Origin: Minutocellus sp. GHC0000111
Lineage: Eukaryota
Reading direction: 5' to 3'
DNA length: 64,000 nucleotides
NCBI GenBank assembly: GCA_977018835.1
Contig: OZ361260.1
Span: 3,720,001 to 3,784,000 of the forward strand
How positions within the stretch are numbered: position 1 is the first letter of the stretch; the number at the start of each line of letters is the position of its first letter. The translations under genes and the position numbers were made by a program. The notes under the pieces were generated by a model. That model did not search any database. It had not been told where the DNA came from and was given only the letters and a program-made list of their open reading frames with translations. Shown piece by piece: positions 57,797 through 64,000 of the stretch.

Positions 57797-57999
57797 ATGG
57801 GCTTCGAGACGTCGCTCTTCGTCTCCCAGCCTGTGGACGACAATTTGACGTGCTCGCTATGTCTCAACGTTTTTGACAAACCGACGACAGCATGCGCAAA
57901 TGGACACGTCTACTGCCTGAAATGCCTGACCAACGCCAAGAGGCGAAGCAACGCCTGCCCCGATTGTCGCCAGCCCATGATCGACCCGCCCCCTCTTAA
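57797..57999 (+). pseudogene. 5' part (RING finger) of a TRAF-type ubiquitin ligase gene, split by a transposon
   Basis: MGFETSLF..CSLCLNVFDKPTTACANGHVYCLKCL..CPDCR (C3HC4). Confidence 0.85.
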
Positions 58000-58123
58000 G
58001 AGGGCGCTGTCCATAATTTTCCCCGTTTTTAATCCCCCTTATTCTTATTTCTTATGACGAGCGAAGCATGACAAAAACTCGACCCCACCATGAGAATCGC
58101 CGCTCTGCCCCCTCTTCATTACG

Positions 58124-59353
58124 ATGAAGCGCAGCGCTGATAATAGTGCCGGCCCGGCCCACAACGCAGATACGCGGTTGCGGAAACTCAAGACAGATGA
58201 CTCCTGTCGCCCGATTTTGCCTGTTGACAAGAAGAAAGAGAAGGCGGAGGACAAAGCGAAAGACGCCGTTACCGAGATACTGGAGGGCCTCGCCGTCACG
58301 TTGGAGAACGACCCGAACGGACAAGGACGAGAATTATGGAACAATCCCGGCGTTGGCCATGCACTTCAACATCTTGTCAAAGCAGTCGAGGCTCGCGCTG
58401 ATAAGTATCATGTTCGGGATGATATTGATGTCGCTGCTGAGCGGCCCGGCCTCGTAGTTACCAACCTGTCCGTGGCTGATGTGAAGTTGAGGCTGACGGT
58501 CGGCATCGTCGATCAATTGCAAGATCCCATGTTTGACGCCGGACCTGAATTCTTCCCTATATTTCAACTTCATGGGAAACGGATCGATATTGGATCGGCT
58601 CTTGCTGCGCACGGCCGACCTTTCAACACCACATCGCTTACTTTGCTTGATGGAAGCGGAACGCTTATCGTCGCTCGTGTTGCCCTGACAATTACCGAAA
58701 AGGCCCGAAGTCTACAACAGGGCCATGTGATCAAATTGACAAAGTTCCACCGATGGCATGTGGCTCCATATGATGACATGCACTCTGCTGCTGGGATTGG
58801 ACTAGTTGATTTTGATATTGTTGGAATGGGCCAACTTCTGCAGGTAGATGGTGGGCCATCAGCAGCGATCAGATCGGACACGGATGCTCTTGTTGCGGCC
58901 GTTTGTGAGGAAGCCGACGATGATCCGACGGCAGCGCCGGAGGCAGACACATTCGGTAATTGGGACGAGACCAGAGAGAGGCCGCCAATACCCCCTGCTT
59001 GCTGCACTGCCGCCAACCGAAGCTGCTCAATGTACGGCACACTCTTCTTTCAGAAATGCGTCTGCGAAGAAATGCTGGTGCCGACGGAGGAGGACCTGGA
59101 GGATATCGCTGACAAATACTACGCAACCACCATGCCAGTCGAAGCCATGGCAAATAATTTGAAGAGGAACATGCTGTATTGGTACTATGCAACTGAGGTG
59201 TATCATGTGAGAGGTTGGCTTGATCGGAAGCCCTTGCCAACCTGTCTAGTCTTTTGCATTAGGTTCATTTATCCAAATGATAAAGGTGAACGATATGTTG
59301 GATTCATCCCTGGTCATCAAGATGAAGAGGAAGAAGAAGAGGAAAATGCATAA
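58124..59353 (+). CDS. KolX-like accessory protein (P2X7 cytoplasmic-ballast-like C-terminus)
   Basis: NNLKRNMLYWYY..RKPLPTCLVFCIRFIYPNDKGERYVGF preceded by a Cys cluster. Confidence 0.7.
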   Translation: MKRSADNSAGPAHNADTRLRKLKTDDSCRPILPVDKKKEKAEDKAKDAVTEILEGLAVTLENDPNGQGRELWNNPGVGHALQHLVKAVEARADKYHVRDDIDVAAERPGLVVTNLSVADVKLRLTVGIVDQLQDPMFDAGPEFFPIFQLHGKRIDIGSALAAHGRPFNTTSLTLLDGSGTLIVARVALTITEKARSLQQGHVIKLTKFHRWHVAPYDDMHSAAGIGLVDFDIVGMGQLLQVDGGPSAAIRSDTDALVAAVCEEADDDPTAAPEADTFGNWDETRERPPIPPACCTAANRSCSMYGTLFFQKCVCEEMLVPTEEDLEDIADKYYATTMPVEAMANNLKRNMLYWYYATEVYHVRGWLDRKPLPTCLVFCIRFIYPNDKGERYVGFIPGHQDEEEEEEENA

Positions 59354-59457
59354 TCATTACCTCAACACATGTAGATAACAAGAATGTGCGTAGCACGTGA
59401 GTAACAGCACACAATAAATCCATTTTTATTTACAGTGATAAAATATTTTACACGTGT

Positions 59458-61986
59458 TTACAAGCTGCCATTTTCTCTCAGTATCGCCGGCATCCAAGAG
59501 CTAACATCATTTGCCGATACACCGAAGTTTGTCTTAGCTTTCTTATTATTTCTTGCAGATTTCTTGTTGCTGCCTGGGCTTCTGCGCTTCTTTCCGGCGT
59601 AAACGACAACGTCGTCAGCATCGTCGCATTGACATTCAGCCCGAGTGTGGCCAAGCTGCTTGCATTTCTGACACTGCTGGTCAATCTTCTTCTTGCGGCC
59701 AGGCTTTGCTGGTTTCGCCTTACCAGCAGCTAGGGCCCTGTTCTTCTTGTACACATAGTCCTTGTCGTCTTTCTCGCTTCTGTTTCGCAAGGCTGCTCGA
59801 AGGCGCTTGCTGTCGCTCTTGCTCTTTTTGTGCTCATCGGTGCGCTTACGCGCAAGGTCGCCCTCGAGCTTCCGGTCAATTGCATCGAATCCATCTTTTC
59901 GGGTAGGAGAATCCCTCGATCCCAACTTTCCAAGAACTCGCTCATTGAATTCCGTACCCAGTGACTTGTGGCCAGCGGCTCTACTTGTTGCATTTGGGTA
60001 GGCGTCTGAAGCAGTCAAATTCGGCCTTTTCCCCATCGTGAACTTCGTCACCATCCCGTTGAGCTGTTCGACGCCGGTGGTAGATTCCTTCTTGCAGTTG
60101 GAGTCGGCAGTATTCTTGTTGATTCTCTTGGTTATTTCAAGCGTCATCTTGCGAATCGTGTCGTCACTAATCTCCAATATGTCGCCATCGAATTGATTCC
60201 CCGAGCTCCATTCCTCATCGAGCTTGCCATCACTCCAATCAGGATGAGCAATGCTGAGGCGAATCCAATCACACGTGTTGGTGGTGCAAAAAGTGTGAAT
60301 GCCACATTGGTGACGAACGACGGACTGGAGTTCTTTCTGAAGGAGGGCCAGATGACTTTGTTTTTCCTCCTCGGACACAGCACCATCGGGCTGATCGAGA
60401 ACGCTGTGCTTGTGCCGATCAGTAATCTTCGAAATGTCCTGTTTCGTCCGATTGATGCGTGGTCGGGGGATGGCATTAAAATTTTCAACTCCTTTGCATG
60501 CTTTTCGAAAGCCTGAGTCAATTGAATTGCTCAGATGATTAAAGTCACGGCAAAGCTCAACACCAGAAGCCAACTCATCACCTACTATGTCTTCCTGAGC
60601 GGCTGCTGCCCTAGTGATGCCTTTGCTATCGCCATCGGCAACGTGCTTCTCAACGAAAAGAGGACACGCCTGCACGCTTCCTTCATCGTCGACCAGAAGA
60701 TTCCGTCCAACATTCTCGGCCAGATGCTCCTCTGCCACACCGGGGGAGCAGGAAGAGTTGCGATAGCAGAAGCCATCATGGTCGTACAGGGCCAGCATCT
60801 CATCCTTGCTCATGTTTTTGAGCTCACTCGGCGTTATTGGATTGCCGGCTTCCCGCCTCTCCCTCAATCTTGCATTGCAGGCTCTCACGCAACAGTGGCA
60901 GCTTGCCTGAGAGATTCCCTTGTCAACAACAAGGCCAGTTTCCTTGTCTACGGCAAATACCGCTGCAGCAGAGCCAGTGTAGCAATGGCCGTAGTCGCGT
61001 TTGAGGGCGCTGCCGTCTTGGGCCACCGCAACCACCGCCGCCGTGTGCATCTCGCCGCCTTGTTCAAACTCAACAGTCTTGCTGCTAGCGGCACATGCTT
61101 TTGCCCTGTTCTCGTCAATGATTTCATCAGCTGCTTCAATAGCCGCTGCTCTGCATTTCTTTTCCACCTGTCGGGCACTCTTTTCGGTCGGATGGACGAT
61201 GTCGGCCTTCGTGCAGAAATTCATGAAGCGACTTGCGCACATGGCCTCATCTTCCGCTGCCTCCATCAGCTCCAAGTTCATTCCAGCCTGACTTCTAGAA
61301 TGCTTTCTGCCGGGGCACACAACTTCTGACCTCTGGCCGATCCAAGTGCAAAAAGAAAAAGGTTGGTTGCATCTGTCGCATCGCCATTCAAATGTGACGC
61401 CGAATCCACGCCGAACTGGCTCGGCCGAGAGACACAGATTGCCGCACGATCGGTGGAGATTCTGTGCGAAATCACACAGCTGCTTCATCTCAACCACAAT
61501 TCTTTTGCCGTTGAGCTGCACGCCGGTGATGTTGGGACGATCGGTAGCGTTGGCGGTGGGAGTAGATGACCGACCGCCCGAAGAATTCTTGTCGGAATAA
61601 CATTTCAGTGTCGCGTTGAGATGGGGCCCATGCTTTTCATCGTCCTGGAAGCAATTTTCAGGCATGGTCGGCAGTGATCGCTTGCCATTGCGTTGAGAGC
61701 GTGGGCTGGCGTTATCGGCTATTCTGGAGAAGCGGTAGAAGGGCTTTGCAACGTCAAGGCCTGATATTTTCTCTGGACGTCGTCGTTGGATGTTGACCTC
61801 GTGTCGTGTTGGGACGTGTTGAAGAGATGATCGAACAAGAGAGATCTCTAAGCTCGGCGATGCGCCACCGCGCATCAAGATGCGGACAAGCTCATCAACA
61901 GTGTAGTAAGTACATCTGACGTCGTCTGGGAATGAGAGCAAGAGTGAGAGGATTGCCTCCTTGGCGTTAGCACGTGATGTTTCCAT
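59458..61986 (-). CDS. Kolobok-type DDE transposase with a C-terminal CCHC knuckle
   Basis: VAQDGSALKR..ETGLVVD..CHCC..CYRN..VADGDSK..NH..TTGVEQLN; CQKCKQLGHTRAEC; 842 aa uninterrupted. Confidence 0.8.
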   Translation of the reverse strand: METSRANAKEAILSLLLSFPDDVRCTYYTVDELVRILMRGGASPSLEISLVRSSLQHVPTRHEVNIQRRRPEKISGLDVAKPFYRFSRIADNASPRSQRNGKRSLPTMPENCFQDDEKHGPHLNATLKCYSDKNSSGGRSSTPTANATDRPNITGVQLNGKRIVVEMKQLCDFAQNLHRSCGNLCLSAEPVRRGFGVTFEWRCDRCNQPFSFCTWIGQRSEVVCPGRKHSRSQAGMNLELMEAAEDEAMCASRFMNFCTKADIVHPTEKSARQVEKKCRAAAIEAADEIIDENRAKACAASSKTVEFEQGGEMHTAAVVAVAQDGSALKRDYGHCYTGSAAAVFAVDKETGLVVDKGISQASCHCCVRACNARLRERREAGNPITPSELKNMSKDEMLALYDHDGFCYRNSSCSPGVAEEHLAENVGRNLLVDDEGSVQACPLFVEKHVADGDSKGITRAAAAQEDIVGDELASGVELCRDFNHLSNSIDSGFRKACKGVENFNAIPRPRINRTKQDISKITDRHKHSVLDQPDGAVSEEEKQSHLALLQKELQSVVRHQCGIHTFCTTNTCDWIRLSIAHPDWSDGKLDEEWSSGNQFDGDILEISDDTIRKMTLEITKRINKNTADSNCKKESTTGVEQLNGMVTKFTMGKRPNLTASDAYPNATSRAAGHKSLGTEFNERVLGKLGSRDSPTRKDGFDAIDRKLEGDLARKRTDEHKKSKSDSKRLRAALRNRSEKDDKDYVYKKNRALAAGKAKPAKPGRKKKIDQQCQKCKQLGHTRAECQCDDADDVVVYAGKKRRSPGSNKKSARNNKKAKTNFGVSANDVSSWMPAILRENGSL

Positions 61987-62342
61987 GGTTGTTTTTTTGT
62001 TTTGTGTCGGTTCTGGCGCAAGACACGCTTTTCGATGAGAGCCTTACAAAAAGAACCCCAAATGAGGGAGACGTGCAAAAATACCCCAAACAAATATCCC
62101 CTTATGTCCGCATCAAGATGCGGACAAGCTCATCAACAGTGTAGTAAGTACATCTGACGTCGTCTGGGAATGAGAGCAAGAGTGAGAGGATTGCCTCCTT
62201 GGCGTTAGCACGTGATGTTTCCATGGTTGTTTTTTTGTTTTGTGTCGGTTCTGGCGCAAGACACGCTTTTCGATGAGAGCCTTACAAAAAGAACCCCAAA
62301 TGAGGGAGACGTGCAAAAATACCCCAAACAAATATCCCCTTA
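61871..62342. repeat. 234-bp tandem direct duplication (61871..62104 and 62109..62342)
   Basis: The copies appear identical by eye and are separated by TGTC; they cover the transposase ATG region. Confidence 0.92.
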
Positions 62343-62702
62343 CCTCCCAACAGCAAAACTTCAAGATATCTTCCCACCAGCACCACCAATGCTGGTTGTG
62401 CGTCGGCCGAGACTAATTTCGGTCGATCCGACGATGGAGCGCTCGATGATGTGCACGTCGACCACTGTGTTTCTGAGGGAGAGTTTATTCATCGAAGTTC
62501 CTCTGAACCAAGTGTTCCTGGAGGGATTTCCGACTTAATGCTGAAAGGAACGTCGATGACTCTTCGCCACTGTGGAGAGCGGCGGCCTTCGATGAGGAGC
62601 CCATTGTCACGTTGGAGTGCTAACTTTGGCGACGGTGCGAAGAAAAAACGGCACAAAACACGCTTTTTGGGGGGCTTCCTAAAAGTTATGGACAGCGCCC
62701 TC

Positions 62703-63853
62703 TAAACCGCCCTCTTCAGAAAATGATCGACAGCCTGAAGATCAAATGTGAGCATAACGATTCAAAGGAGGGCGATGGCGACCAGCACCGGCCTCCCTCG
62801 TCACGCCGCCGGACAACTGAAAGCGGCGAAGCCGTGGACGGCGAGGCGAAGGAGCCCGAGGCATGTGCGTGGGAGGGCCCTGTTTCGGAGTACCGCCAGC
62901 ATGTCAAATCCTGTCCGTTCCGAGTAGTCCAATGCCCATTGAAATGTCGCGCTAGGTTTCAGCATCGATTCCTACAACACCATAAAGAGAACGAATGTCC
63001 TCGTCGCACTGTCACGTGCGAACAATGCGGCAAAAACAACATTCGGTTGGGGGGGATGGACCACCACAAGAACCATCAGTGCCCCGAGGCTGATGAGCAG
63101 TGCGAATACTGTGAACTTCAGATGAAGCGCAAGGAACTTGGCACTCTGCCGTATCTTGCTCAGGATGCGCTCACGACCAAGTGCCAAAAGTCTTTCTCTG
63201 GACACTACAAAGTATGCCCAAAAGTCCCAGTTCAATGCGAGTTTTATGGCGTTGGTTGTAGACATGAAGGAGCGCGGGAAGATATGCGTGATCACCACGC
63301 CGACAATGCTCGGTTCCATGCGAAGCTGGTAAGCGATGCCATCAATTGGCAGTCTACAACGGCGCATTGGGATGTATCCCCGAGGCTCATCGCGGGCATA
63401 GAAAATCGTGTCATTGACAGTCCACCAATCCCTGTCTTCGGTCTGCCTTACCAGTTCTTTGCTCGTCTCCATTTGGATGGAGAAAAGGTTGAGATTGAGC
63501 TACGCCTCCAAGAGGCACAGCAGCCGAATGGCGTCGAACGTCCAACCGTTTTGTTGCGAGATATCTCAATTTCCATCGACGCAGGCTATACCCTATGCTT
63601 TGCAAAAGGTCTACAGGATGGTGAGATCAAAGCAGTAGGCCCTGACACAGACAGCGTCGGAATATCTGCATTCTTTTGCAAAAGAAGGGAAAACGAAGTG
63701 AATTCATCACATGATGGCGAGGAAATTCAAAGAGTAAGAACAACCGTTGTCGAAGTCACAAGAGCAATGATCCAAGAAGAATCCGACGATGCCCAATTCA
63801 CTATCACCTTTGATGTGAAGAAGAATGTTGAGCATTTTTTAGCATCTCGGTAA
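62703..63853 (+). pseudogene. 3' part of the RING/TRAF zinc-finger gene
   Basis: LNRPLQKMIDSLKIKC..CAWEG..HVKSCPFRVVQCPLKC..ECPRRTVTCEQC..CPKVPVQCEF (TRAF-type zinc fingers). Confidence 0.85.
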
Positions 63854-64000
63854 AAAGGACTTCAATAAAAAATCTCTCTCGATCTTGGACTGGTCCTCCA
63901 GCTAGATCCATCTTGTGTGCACATCAAATTTGCATCTGTCCTTTGAAATATACTACGTAGCTAAATTGAGCTAGTCCACTAGCTAGAGTCCGCGAAACAA

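Larger units (their letters stand above)
58000..62702. mobile_element. Kolobok-type DNA transposon, 4703 bp, 17-bp perfect TIRs, TTAA/TAAA flanks
   Basis: TTAA|GAGGGCGCTGTCCATAA ... TTATGGACAGCGCCCTC|TAAA; two convergent ORFs; removal restores the host reading frame. Confidence 0.9.

Noticed and set aside
58000..62702. KolobokP-type long terminal direct repeats
   Set aside because: The two ends share only the short TIR; the 234-bp repeat is internal and tandem.
1..64000. CRISPR arrays, rRNA or tRNA genes, prokaryotic operons
   Set aside because: None recognised by eye; spliceosomal introns indicate a eukaryotic locus. Small RNA genes could be missed without covariance searches.

Overview
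Gene-dense eukaryotic DNA with short GT-AG introns, bipartite plastid-type presequences and a delta-class carbonic anhydrase, most consistent with a diatom or related stramenopile. Recognisable genes: Cpn10, a Sel1-repeat protein, a PGM-like protein, an ICL/PEP-mutase-family enzyme, delta-CA, NOG1, KIN17, a PDZ protein, a MYND protein, a giant TPR protein, an MDR oxidoreductase, an RlmI-like methyltransferase, a long-chain acyl-CoA synthetase, a TGS1-like methyltransferase, a multi-ricin-B lectin and a RING/TRAF protein. Main observations not shown by the ORF track: (1) a probable AhpD-like selenoprotein (52356..53771, minus strand) with an in-frame TGA in a CxxU-xxx-H motif and a SECIS-like hairpin overlapping its apparent stop codon; (2) an apparently complete 4.7-kb Kolobok-type transposon (transposase plus KolX-like ORF) splitting the RING/TRAF gene; (3) an apparently complete 1.9-kb DD38D mariner-like transposon splitting the TGS1-like gene; (4) a Crypton-like tyrosine recombinase ORF running off the left edge; (5) two MITEs upstream of delta-CA; (6) a degenerate Transib/CMC-like transposase remnant; (7) many frameshifts, stops and small deletions in host genes, due either to assembly error or to a decaying haplotype. 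All family assignments come from motif recognition by eye; no searches were run.
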